Made by a program: the position numbers and the translations under genes | Origin: Azolla caroliniana | Taxonomy: Eukaryota; Plantae; Polypodiophyta | Assembly (NCBI GenBank): GCA_043228905.1 | Contig: JBHGNT010000002.1 | Coordinates: forward strand, 10,540,001-10,604,000 | DNA length: 64,000 nucleotides | Reading direction: 5' to 3' | The notes under the pieces: generated by a model | What the model saw: the letters and a program-made list of their open reading frames with translations, nothing else | Told to the model about the DNA's origin: nothing | The model's database searches: none | Shown here: piece by piece, positions 13,880 to 24,795 of the stretch | Numbering within the stretch: position 1 is the stretch's first letter | Layout: every line of letters begins with the position of its first letter

Positions 13880-14927
13880 CCATATAATATCCCGTGGTAA
13901 GAATTTACCGTAGTATTCTATACACGTGGATAAGTGTGAGGGTTAAATGAGAGTGTAAAGAAGGGGAGGATTACTTTTAATCCTCGGGATTGAGACAACC
14001 CATTAGGTCAAGTGTGAACTTGCCTGGGGGCCTTGGGTTTCGCTATAAATAAGAGGCCTAGCTACCCTCATTTGATCATCTTTTGACTACATCGAGACTC
14101 TGCTCGTGTGGTGGGTCAACTCTTGTAGCGAGCGCGCCAGCACCAGGTACGACTCGACGCCACGGCGGTGGTATGGGACGCCGATCGAGGCTCGAGTCCG
14201 TCTCGATCCCTTCGCTCGGGGGTGGTCGGGTGGATCGGCACCCTTCTTTCTCTTTCTCCTTTCTATCTATCTTTTCATTATCCTTATCTTAAGCTTACAT
14301 TAGTACTATGATCTATAATACGGATGATGAAGTTGCGGCTACGGAGCCGGATGATGAAGACCCGGCTACGGAGCCGGATGATGAAAACCCGGCTACAGAG
14401 CCGGATGATGTATGTACCCGGAGAGAGATCCGGATGCGGGGACATATTTGTGAATATGTTTGCCAAGGGCCCTTGAGGCTATATTTGTAAATAGCCCGAA
14501 AGTCATATGTGTATAAATATGACTTAGGGCAAACTGTTTGTAGTTGCTGAAAAGTTGCTGCTCATATTTTTCTGTTTTTCCACTTAGAGAGAGTGAAGAG
14601 AGCAGCCGAGAGAGAGAGAGACAGACGAAGAGGTCGTTGCCTCTGTGTATTACCGCCGCCTGTGGCGAAGACAGTGAGCTCAAGGTTGTTGCCTTGAAGC
14701 TTCACCATTGTACATCTCTGTTCATAGTGATAGTTGGAGTTTGAGGACTCCCGTGGTTTTTCCCGTATAGGGTTTTCCACGTTAATCCCTGTGTTATCGT
14801 GTCTTTCTCTGTGTTTCCTATTTTCTGCTGCATTGATTCGTGATTTCTCGGTTGTGGCCGAACGGTGAAGGCGAATCGGAGCGTAGATTCTCAACAAAGT
14901 GGTATCAGAGCGACGGCAGTGCAGAAA

Positions 14928-17900
14928 ATGGAAGGCGGCAGCAGCGGGCAGTCGGGGATGATGGTGCTGAATGCGCAGAACTACGCCGACTGGAAGATCA
15001 AGATGGAGGATCTTCTGATTGTTCGGGACCTGTACGAACCGATTGACAGGTCGGAAATACCGAAGGGGGTACTTGAGACGGAATGGAGGCTTCTGAACCG
15101 GAAAGCCGTTGCAACCATTCGGCAATACGTCGACGTGAGCGTTCTACAACATGTGGCGAACGACACCAACGCATACGAGATGTGGCGGAAGCTGTCGGGC
15201 CTCTACGAGAGGAAGAATGCGTTGAACCGGACCTCCCTGATGAGGAAGATAGTGAACCTCAAGTACCGGGACGGCGAGAGCATGGTGGAACACGTAAGCA
15301 CGTTCATGGGATTCGTGAACCAGCTTGCGGCAATCAAGTTCCCGTTGGAGGATGCAATGCAAGCCATCATCTTGATGTGTACATTGCCGGAAAGCTGGGA
15401 GAACTTGGTGGTGACTCTCAGCACCTCCTGCACCGAAGATAACTTGTCTCTACAAACGGTAAAGACAAGTATTTTGAACGAAGAAGCGCGTCGGAGAGAT
15501 AAAGAACCGGCCTCCGACCCGAAAGCGCTGCTTACCGAATCGGATCGGGGAAGACAATGGAACCGGAGTCCGCAAAGACGGGAGAAGTCGGGGACCCGGT
15601 CACAGTCAAGAGGAAGGCCCACATGCTTCCACTGTGGGAAGCCGGGGCACTTCCGGAAGAATTGTCGGCATTACCGAAAAGACAACGGAGCCGACGACAC
15701 CGATTCGAAGAAGTCACCGGAGAGAAACGGTGCATACCGGGGAGCCACGGACCGAAGAGGTTCGGATCGGCGAGGGCAGGACCGGAAAGGAACAACGGCA
15801 CTCGCGGCAAGTGAGGAAGAAATCATGCTCATCACCGAAGAAGGTGAACTAAACGTTGCCGGCGATGAGACGACTTGGGTGGTCGATTCCGGAGCATCGT
15901 TCCACCTGACCCCGGAAAGAAGATACTTTTCATCCTACACAGCCGGTGAGCATGGCTGTGTTCGGATGGGAAATGAAGGTACGTGCCGGATTGCCGGCAT
16001 CGGAGACGTGTGGTTGACAACCCCGACCGGATGCAAAATGCTGCTGAAGGATGTCCGACACGTTCCGGAGGTTCGATTGAACCTGATTTCGGCCGGGAGG
16101 CTAGACGATGAAGGCTACACAGGTAGCATCCGGAACGGCGTAATGAAGTTCAGCAAGGGGAGCCTGATAGTGGCTCGGGCCCGGAAAGACAACACACTGT
16201 ACCTGATGAATGCCCGGTTATGTCCGGAAGAGTTGAACGTGGCAGCCGACACTGCCGGTGAGCTGTGGCACAAGAGACTGTGCCACATGAGTGAGAAGGG
16301 GATGAAGAGGCTTGCAGAAGACAACCTCATTCCAGTGAAGCATGTGCATCTGGAGAAGTGCACCGATTGCCTGGCCGGTAAGCAGAACCGAGCCTCCTTC
16401 CACTCAAGGCCACCGACGAGACGTAGTGCACCATTGGAGTTGGTGCACACTGATGTGTGTCAAGTAGAAACGAAGTCACATGGCGGAGCCCAGTACTTCG
16501 TGACATTCATTGATGACCACAGCCGGAAGCTGTGGACGGCACCGTTGAAGACAAAGGACCAAGTATTGTCCGTCTTCAAAGAACTCCACGCGAGAGTGGA
16601 AAGAGAATCCGGCAAGAAGCTGAAAGCGATACGAGCGGATAACGGAGGAGAATACCGAGGGCAATTTGAGGAGTATTGCCGTTCGATGGGAATCCGGCTC
16701 GAGTTTACTGTGCCGAAGACGCCGGAACTGAACGGGCTGGCCGAGAGGATGAACCGGACCATAATGGAGAGGGTCCGGAGTATGCTGGCGCATGCGAAAT
16801 TACCCAAGGGGTTTTGGGCTGAGGCAATGTCGACGGCGACATACGTGATAAACAGATCACCCTCAGTACCTTTGGACGGAGACACGCCGCAGAGAGTGTG
16901 GACCGGTAAGGAAGTATCCTACCGGCATCTGAAGGTGTTCGGGTGTCTAGTGTATGTACATGTGGCAAAGGACCGGAGAGGAAAGCTAGATCCAAAGACC
17001 CGGCCATGCATATTCCTCGGTTACGGCAACGATGAGTTCGGCTACCGAGTATGGGACCCGGTCGACAAGAAGATATTCAGGAGTCGAGATATCATCTTCA
17101 TGGAGGACAAGACACTTGCCGACTGGGAGTCGGAGAAGAAGATGAAGAGCTCCAAGTCGACCGGTGAGGATCAACTCTACAAGGAGCAGTCCCGACCGGC
17201 AAGAGACCGGTTAGCACTCGAGGATCCGGCCGAAGACGGTGAAGAGACAGAACCGGCCGAAGAAGATGAAAACGATACCGGAACCGGCCCCGATCCCGAA
17301 ATGGATTCGGACGAAGAAGAATCGGAAGAACCGGTTACCGAAGCTCCGGAACGGAGATATCCTCTAAGAGAGAGAAGGCCCCCCCGGAGATTTCCGGAAC
17401 CAGAGCACGTGCTGCTAACCGACGAGGGGGAGCCGGAGAGCTTTGAAGAAGCGAAGCATGACACCCATAGCCGCAGGTGGTTAAGTGCCATGCAGGAGGA
17501 GATGGATTCCCTGCATGAGAACCACACATATGAACTTGTGGAGCTGCCGAAAGGAAAACGGGCACTCCGTAACAAGTGGGTGTTCAAGCTGAAACCGGGA
17601 GATGCCAAAACCCCCCCGAGATACAAAGCCAGGATCGTGGTGAAGGGGTTTCAGCAGAAGAAGGGCGTCGACTTCGACGAGATATTTGCCCCGGTAGTGA
17701 AGATGACCTCCATCCGGACGGTGCTGAGCATAGCGGCAAGCATGGACCTCGAGGTAGAACAGATGGACGTGAAGACGGCATTCCTTCACGGTGACCTCGA
17801 AGAAGAGATATACATGCAGCAACCGGAAGGATTCGAGAAGAAAGAGAAGGAGCACTTGGTATGCCGGTTGAAGAAGAGCCTTTATGGTTTGAAGCAGGCT

Positions 17901-18715
17901 CCCCGGCAGTGGTACCGAAAGTTTGACTCCTTCATGACCGATGAAGGGTACCACAAAACGCAGTCCGACCACTGCGTGTTTGTGAAGAAGTTCGACGGAG
18001 GAGACTCTCTAATACTCCTCCTGTACGTGGATGACATGTTGATCGTCGGACGGGACCAGGTCAAGATACGGATGCTGAAGAAGGCTCTTCACCGAACCTT
18101 CTCAATGAAGGACTTGGGTCCGGCGAGACAAATACTAGGGATGCACATCATCCGGGACCGGAAGAAGAAGCAGTTGTGGCTGTCACAGGAGAAGTACGTG
18201 ACAAAGGTGCTTCAACGGTTCAACATGTCGGAAGCAAGACCGGTCGGATCAACCCTCCCGACAAACTGCAAGTTATCCGGCAAGCAAAGTCCCAAGACAA
18301 AGGCTGAGAAGGAGGACATGATGAAGGTACCATATGCCTCTGCCGTCGGAAGCTTGATGTACGCAATGGTGTGTACAAGACCGGACATAGGATATGCAGT
18401 CGGAGTGGTGAGCCGGTACATGAGCAATCCCGGAAAAGAGCACTGGAACGCGGTCAAGTGGATACTCCGATACCTGAAGGGCACGGCAAACGTGTGCCTC
18501 CGATTCGGCTCCGGTAAGCCCGAACTCGACGGCTTCACTGATTCGGATATGTCGGCTGATGCAGACACCAGCCGGTCCACATTGTCAGGAACTCTATTAA
18601 GGCAGAGAAGGAATTAGTACTAAAAGAAGGATTAGTACTATTGTTGGGGAATAGTACTAAGACAGAGAAGGATTAGTACTATGAGAGGTGTCGAACTTTG
18701 AGAGAAGGAATGAGT

Positions 18716-18765
<50 letters not shown>

Positions 18766-21700
18766 TGATGCGAAAGATATATGTATTATATGACGGAAGA
18801 TATACAACAGTAGTTAGAAGGCTTAAGACTGGCGTTGAACCGATTTGGTTCGAACTAATGCCTTGCGCCTCCTTTTATAGTGTCTTCAGGAATACTCCTG
18901 AAGTTTCTAGAATGTTCCAGAGAAATCTGGAATATACATCAATTTCCTAATAAAACCTAAATGAAAATAATATCCTTCAAATTACAACTCATAACCTAAT
19001 GGTAAAGTCTCGACCCGTGTAACAAAAGGTTATGGGTTCGAGTCTAGTTATGACACTATCCCCCCTTTAAAACGACGAGTTTCACGAGTCGTTTTGGATT
19101 GAGGACCCGGTTTCTCGGGATATCGTCGATGGAAGTCTTCTAGAAGAGCACGAGCATTGGTCACATTCTCGATCGGTTCCCAAGTACGCTCGCTGGGACT
19201 ATATCCTAGCCAATCGACTAGATAGTAGAGCTTGTTGCGAACAATCTTGGAATCGAGGATGGCAGCGACCTCATACTCAGGTCCATCTTCGAGCTCGATA
19301 GGAGGTGGAGGTTGTATAGTACGTCCTGGGATAGTGCTCTCGTGATAGGGTTCGAGGAGAGAACTATGAAACACCGGGTGTATCCGAAGTTGCGGAGGTA
19401 GCTCGAGACGAAAAGCGACATCATTAATCTTCCCGATAATACGGAAAGGACCTAATCGTCGATAATCCAACTTCTCACATGGGCGAGTAGTCTTGATGTG
19501 TCGTTGTAGCAGCCACACCCGATCTCCAATGTTAAAACTGGATGGAAGTCGATGACGATCTGCGTAGTCCTTGTGTGATTGTTGAGCTTGCTGGAGTTGA
19601 GTAGATAAATCCGCTTGTATCTTGCGTAACCGCTCCAAACGATCCTCCGCGTAAGGATTTGTGGACACTTCTGGGGTTTCAAGGACACACCACCGGGGAT
19701 GATATCCCGTATAAGCGTAGAATGGCGTGACTTTAGTCGATGCGTGGATAGCGTTATTATAGGCAAATTCGGCGAACGGAAGAATATCTGCCCAGTCATT
19801 CTGATGATAGTTGAGAAAGCACCGCAGATACTGCTCCAGTGTTTGATTTGTTCGTTCGGCTTGACCGTCGGTTTGTGGGTGGTAGCCGGAGGAGAGGTTA
19901 CAAGTGACCTTCAGCATTTTAAAAAGGTGCTTCCAGAATTTTGACACAAACTGGGGTCCACGATCGCTGATGATATTATCAGGGAGTCCATGATGCCGAC
20001 ATACTTCCCGCATGACAATTTCGGCGGTGTCTTCACTAGATATTTCTTTAGTACATGGTAAGAAATGAGCCATCTTCGTATATCGATCCACCACTGTGAG
20101 AATCGCACTGAATCCCTTAGAGACTGGAAGATCTGTAATGAAGTCAAGAGCAATGGATTGCCATGGCTTGCTTGGAATTGGTAATGGTTCTAATAAACCA
20201 TATGGATGATGTCTTGGCATTTTCGCTCTGCAGCATGTATCGCAAGTCCGAACAAAATCTTCGACAAATTGTCGCATACGGGGCCACCAGAATGATCGTT
20301 GTACTAAATCTAATGTTTTAGTACTACCAAAATGTCCTGCTGTATATGTGTCATGGCAGTTTTGTACTACTCGAAGGCGGCAAGAACCATTAGGAACATA
20401 CAAAAGTTCTTTAAAGAAGAGTAATCCATCACAGTATTTGAATTGCCGATAATCCGTACCTGGTGATTGTGATTGTGAACATGACGCTCGAGAGGGGTCA
20501 ATTTGTGCTAGTATAGCTTGGGCGAAAGCGTCAGTCTTCAAGTCCTCACGTATAGTATTGGTAATGTCGGAATCCACGGGCATGTCAAAGATCTGTGCTG
20601 CTTGCAGTCGTGCTGGACCCAAGATTACTTGCTTCTGGTTATCGAAAGCTGGCTCACCGGGACGTGGTGTTAGATACGAACGCCGTGATAATGCATCTGC
20701 CTTCCCTTGGTGCTTCCCCGAACGATATGTAATTTTGAAGTCGAAGCGTGTGAGGAAATGGGCCCACCGAGCTTGACGTCGATTCAGTACACGAGCATCT
20801 TGAAAGTAGGCAAGGTTCTTGTGGTCACTGAATACAGTGACCTGATGAGGAGATCCCTCCAGGAAATGCCTCCATTGCATAAAAGAATCAACTATTGCTA
20901 ATAGCTCTTTATCATGAATTTCGTAGTTGATTTCGGCGGCGTCAAACTTACGGGAGTGGAAAGCCACAGGATGTAGCTTCTCGTCGTTACCCTGTTGTGA
21001 CAGAATGCTCCCCAATGCGAAATCCGATGCATCAGCTTCGATAATGAATGGTTTTTCCGGATCCACATGACCTAAAATTGGAGCTGATGTAAACGCCTTC
21101 TTAAGACTCTCGAAAGCCATGTCCGTCTCTTTAGACCAAATGAATGATTGTCCCTTCCTGGTGAGCTGTGTGAGAGGCAGCACAATTTTTGAGTAATTTT
21201 GTATGAACTTCCGGTAGAAATTTGCAAAGCCTAGGAAGCATTGCACATCCCACACCGAACGCGGAGTGTGCCATTCTATCACCGTTTTGACCTTGGCTGG
21301 GTCCATAGATATGCCTTCTGAGGAGATGACATAGCCGAGAAACTCCACTTGGTTGCACCCGAAACTACATTTCTCTAACTTTGCATACAGACCATGTTCT
21401 CGAAGTCGTTTTAGTACTAATAGTACATGAGAATCATGTTCTTCTTGGGTCTTTGAATAAACCAGTAGATCATCCAAATAGATGATCAAAAAATCATCCA
21501 AGAGGTCTCGAAATATATCATTCGCCATGTGCTGGAAGACTGCCGGCGCATTAGTGAGTCCGAACGGCATGACCGTATACTCGAAGTGCCCATATCTGGT
21601 GCGAAACGCGGTCTTCCATTCATCTCTTGGTCGGATCCGTACGAGGTTATAGGCTCCTCGTAAGTCGATCTTCGTGAAGAACCTGGCACCGTTGATCCGT

Positions 21701-24025
21701 TCTAAAAGACTTGAGATAAGGGGAAGAGCATACCTATTTCTTACTGTGACCTTATTCAAGCCACGGTAATCTACAACGAGTCGAAGCGAGCCATCTTTTT
21801 TCTTGACGAAGAAAATGGGTGCGCCGGCTGGAGATTTCGAATGCCGAATGAAACCGTTCTCCAAATTCTCCTCTATATAGGCTCGAAGGACTTCTAGCTC
21901 GGTTGGTGACAAATTGTAGATCGGCCCCCATGGCGGCTCTTTTCCCGGTTGTAAGTCGATGGCGCAGTCGTACGGCCGATGATGAGGAAGTGTGTTGGCT
22001 TGTACTTTATCGAACACATCAGCATACTGACGATACTTCTCGGGAAGTTGAACGGTGGACTCCTCTTTGGTGGTGCTGGAGGGTTGTACTGATATTGCAA
22101 AGAGAAACATTTCCTCCTTGCGCCCTTCCTCACGCAACTGACGTAGCGAAATGGTTGCAACCTTCTGGGTAGATCCTTGGGTTTGTCGCAACCGGATTTC
22201 CCTTGTCCTCCAATCTATGTCTGGGTCATGTAACTCGAACCATGGTAATCCTAAAACTATGGGATGTTCTGGAATACTAATAATATTAAATGATACTACA
22301 CATGTTAAGTTATCTAGGACAATATTAACGGGTTCCGACTCTTCTATGATATTACCAGAAGCAATGGGACGACCATCAATGACTACTACTGAGGCTGGAC
22401 ATGGGAGCTTTCTTAGAGATATCTGATGAGCTCGGGCAAAATTCCTATCCATGAAGCAAGAATTAGCTCCGGAATCTAGAAGGGCTAAGGTATGTACTGG
22501 AGGGGTTCTTTTAGTACTAACTGCTACTTGGACTACGAACACATCACTAACTTGCTTAGAGGGAATGGAACCACTAATGGGCTGCACAGATCTAGGGCTG
22601 TCCAACCAAACGGCTCCTATTTTGGCTGGACTTAGTCGTTTAACTCTTCTTCTAATTGGCTAAGGACATCAAATTTGTTTGCGAGATTCGGACTATTAGT
22701 ACTATTAGGACTATTATGACTATGAGGATTATCAGAGATTCCTACTGACATAGACTCGGGTTTAGTATAGTCAGAACTAATAATGACTTGGTTTACCTGC
22801 CTTCTTGGTCTATGGGGACAGTTTATCGCGATATGCCCTGGTCCACCGCAATAAAGGCATAATCGGTTTGTTCGGCGTCGTTGCTTTTCCTCCTCCGATA
22901 GCGGCCCACGACGACGTGTAGTGTCAATTTCCATTGGAGTTGGAGTACTTACTGGAGGCGCATTATGTGAATCCCTTTGAAAAGGTTTCGCTACCATTGA
23001 GGCATAGGTAGGCTCGGATCTTGCCCTCGGCATCTGAAATTGTCGTTCCGAACGTCGCTCAAAGAGGCAGTTGTCACATCTGACCGCTCGACTGATTGCT
23101 TCTGTTAATGATTTTGGCTCTTCAGGGAAAGTCAAGAGTAAATCCTTGACATCGTTGCGTAGACCATAGCGGAACTGCTCCATCAATGCTTGATCATCCC
23201 AGGGGATATCGGCGGCGAGTAGGCGGAAATCTGCAGCATATGCGGAGGCTGGACGGTCACCTTGGCGTAATCGCCGGATTTTGTTGATTGCAGTCCTTAT
23301 GCTGTCAGTATCTCCAAAACATGCTTTAAACTCACTTATAAATTCTTCAAAATTATTTAGTACTGGAGATTCCTTTTCTAGTAGCGGTGCGAACCATGCT
23401 AATGCTGAGCCAGTTAACAACGTGCCTACTAAACCCACTCGTGATGCATCGGTGGGATATCGGGACGGATGCATTTGAATAAGTAACCGTACCTGGTTAA
23501 GAAACCCTCTAAACTGCGATCGCGTTCCATCGAACTTCGTGGGAAGGCCAATCTTGGGTTCTTTATGAATCCCTTGTGCTCCGTGCCCTTGTTGTTGCAT
23601 TGCTACGATGGTTGCTTCGAGTTGTTGCACGCGTAACGCAAGTTCCCCATGCTGTTGTTGCGTTTGCTGCTTTTCTAAGGAAATTTGCTGAAGATCCCCC
23701 AACAAGCGTTGATTTTCTTGTTCCAAAGCATGAAACTTCTCTTTCAAGCATTGAAATTCCGAGAAAACGGATTGATACTCTTCAGCGCTAACGGTGGCCA
23801 TGGGATGAAGGAAAAGGGAAATAAGAGACTAGTAGGAAAGGAGAGAGACAGAAGGAAGAGGGAGACTAGTAGGAGGGGAAATCGGTTCAAACTGTCAGGA
23901 ACTCTATTAAGGCAGAGAAGGAATTAGTACTAAAAGAAGGATTAGTACTATTGTTGGGGAATAGTACTAAGACAGAGAAGGATTAGTACTATGAGAGGTG
24001 TCGAACTTTGAGAGAAGGAATGAGT

Positions 24026-24081
<56 letters not shown>

Positions 24082-24795
24082 TGATGCGAAAGATATATGT
24101 ATTATATGACGGAAGATATACAACAGTAGTTAGAAGGCTTAAGACTGGCGTTGAACCGATTTGGTTCGAACTAATGCCTTGCGCCTCCTTTTATAGTGTC
24201 TTCAGGAATACTCCTGAAGTTTCTAGAATGTTCCAGAGAAATCTGGAATATACATCAATTTCCTAATAAAACCTAAATGAAAATAATATCCTTCAAATTA
24301 CAACTCATAACCTAATGGTAAAGTCTCGACCCGTGTAACAAAAGGTTATGGGTTCGAGTCTAGTTATGACACACATCAGGGTATGTGATGACGTATGCAG
24401 GGGGAGCTGTTTCGTGGCAGTCGAGGCTGCAGAAGACGGTTGCGTTGTCAACCACGAAGGCGGAGTACATGGCGGCTGTTGAAGCCGGCAAGGAAGTAAT
24501 ATGGATGAAGGACTTCATTAGAGAGCTCGGTATCCGGCAGGATGAGTACCGACTTTACTGCGATAGTCAGAGTGCCATCCACCTTGCGAAGAACGCGGCC
24601 TATCACTCCCGGACGAAGCACATCCAGCGAAGATATCACTGGATCCGGGAAAGGATAGAAGACCAGGAGTTCGTGCTGACGAAGATCCACACGGACGAAA
24701 ACGGCTCAGATATGCTGACCAAAGTGCTCACACCCGACAAGCTGGAAGCATGCCGGAAGAGGATCGGATTGGAGAGACATCCCCTGCCGAAGTGA
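14928..24795 (+). CDS. Copia A gag-pol polyprotein, split by insertion (14928-18582 + 24377-24795)
   Basis: CFHCGKPGHFRKNC knuckle, WVVDSGAS protease, integrase VHTD..FIDD..NGLAER, RT LYVDD. RNase H rejoins in frame as RSTSGYV after removing gypsy C and one TSD copy. Confidence 0.95.
19048..22644 (-). CDS. Gypsy C Pol (PR-RT-RNaseH-INT-group I chromodomain), in the -1 frame relative to Gag
   Basis: LLDSGANSCF protease, RT YLDD, EADAS RNase H, integrase, and YEVAAILDS..YLVDWLGY..TWEP chromodomain. The frame is open back to the GTTAAAC heptamer at 22638-22644. Confidence 0.95.
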   Translation of the reverse strand, partial: VKRLSPAKIGAVWLDSPRSVQPISGSIPSKQVSDVFVVQVAVSTKRTPPVHTLALLDSGANSCFMDRNFARAHQISLRKLPCPASVVVIDGRPIASGNIIEESEPVNIVLDNLTCVVSFNIISIPEHPIVLGLPWFELHDPDIDWRTREIRLRQTQGSTQKVATISLRQLREEGRKEEMFLFAISVQPSSTTKEESTVQLPEKYRQYADVFDKVQANTLPHHRPYDCAIDLQPGKEPPWGPIYNLSPTELEVLRAYIEENLENGFIRHSKSPAGAPIFFVKKKDGSLRLVVDYRGLNKVTVRNRYALPLISSLLERINGARFFTKIDLRGAYNLVRIRPRDEWKTAFRTRYGHFEYTVMPFGLTNAPAVFQHMANDIFRDLLDDFLIIYLDDLLVYSKTQEEHDSHVLLVLKRLREHGLYAKLEKCSFGCNQVEFLGYVISSEGISMDPAKVKTVIEWHTPRSVWDVQCFLGFANFYRKFIQNYSKIVLPLTQLTRKGQSFIWSKETDMAFESLKKAFTSAPILGHVDPEKPFIIEADASDFALGSILSQQGNDEKLHPVAFHSRKFDAAEINYEIHDKELLAIVDSFMQWRHFLEGSPHQVTVFSDHKNLAYFQDARVLNRRQARWAHFLTRFDFKITYRSGKHQGKADALSRRSYLTPRPGEPAFDNQKQVILGPARLQAAQIFDMPVDSDITNTIREDLKTDAFAQAILAQIDPSRASCSQSQSPGTDYRQFKYCDGLLFFKELLYVPNGSCRLRVVQNCHDTYTAGHFGSTKTLDLVQRSFWWPRMRQFVEDFVRTCDTCCRAKMPRHHPYGLLEPLPIPSKPWQSIALDFITDLPVSKGFSAILTVVDRYTKMAHFLPCTKEISSEDTAEIVMREVCRHHGLPDNIISDRGPQFVSKFWKHLFKMLKVTCNLSSGYHPQTDGQAERTNQTLEQYLRCFLNYHQNDWADILPFAEFAYNNAIHASTKVTPFYAYTGYHPRWCVLETPEVSTNPYAEDRLERLRKIQADLSTQLQQAQQSHKDYADRHRLPSSFNIGDRVWLLQRHIKTTRPCEKLDYRRLGPFRIIGKINDVAFRLELPPQLRIHPVFHSSLLEPYHESTIPGRTIQPPPPIELEDGPEYEVAAILDSKIVRNKLYYLVDWLGYSPSERTWEPIENVTNARALLEDFHRRYPEKPGPQSKTTRETRRFKGGIVS
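22632..23801 (-). CDS. Gypsy C Gag (389 aa, PEG10/sushi-like capsid with CCHC knuckle)
   Basis: N-terminal coiled coil, PTKFDGTRSQFRGF...LLTGSALAWF capsid, PMEID motif, CLYCGGPGHIAINC. Confidence 0.93.
   Translation of the reverse strand: MATVSAEEYQSVFSEFQCLKEKFHALEQENQRLLGDLQQISLEKQQTQQQHGELALRVQQLEATIVAMQQQGHGAQGIHKEPKIGLPTKFDGTRSQFRGFLNQVRLLIQMHPSRYPTDASRVGLVGTLLTGSALAWFAPLLEKESPVLNNFEEFISEFKACFGDTDSIRTAINKIRRLRQGDRPASAYAADFRLLAADIPWDDQALMEQFRYGLRNDVKDLLLTFPEEPKSLTEAISRAVRCDNCLFERRSERQFQMPRARSEPTYASMVAKPFQRDSHNAPPVSTPTPMEIDTTRRRGPLSEEEKQRRRTNRLCLYCGGPGHIAINCPHRPRRQVNQVIISSDYTKPESMSVGISDNPHSHNSPNSTNSPNLANKFDVLSQLEEELND
24201..24248. promoter_or_regulatory. Heat-shock-element array directly upstream of the gypsy C LTR TATA box (second copy 18885-18932)
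   Basis: TTCagGAAtaCTCctGAAgtTTCtaGAAtgTTCcaGAGaaATCtgGAA: ten in-register pentamers, seven perfect; minus-strand CTATAAAA at 24189-24196. Confidence 0.8.

Larger units (their letters stand above)
7304..14320 (+). mobile_element. Ty3/gypsy chromovirus B, full length, inserted in the copia A 5' LTR
   Basis: 455-bp LTRs at 7304-7758 and 13866-14320, identical by eye; TSD CGGAT at 7299-7303 and 14321-14325; 10-nt iMet PBS 7761-7770; PPT AAAGAGGGGGAG before 13866. Confidence 0.97.
18583..24371 (-). mobile_element. Ty3/gypsy chromovirus C (Tcn1/Tf1-sushi-like), full length, antisense inside copia A
   Basis: LTRs at 18583-19055 and 23893-24371, differing visibly only by 6 bp of (GA)n; TSD CACAT at 18578-18582 and 24372-24376; PPT next to 19056; no tRNA-type PBS. 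Confidence 0.96.

Noticed and set aside
14865-18617. The 1250-aa ORF as a complete protein
   Set aside because: Its last ~11 residues come from the inserted gypsy C LTR; the true RNase H continues at 24377-24795, and the likely start is ATG 14928, after the PBS.
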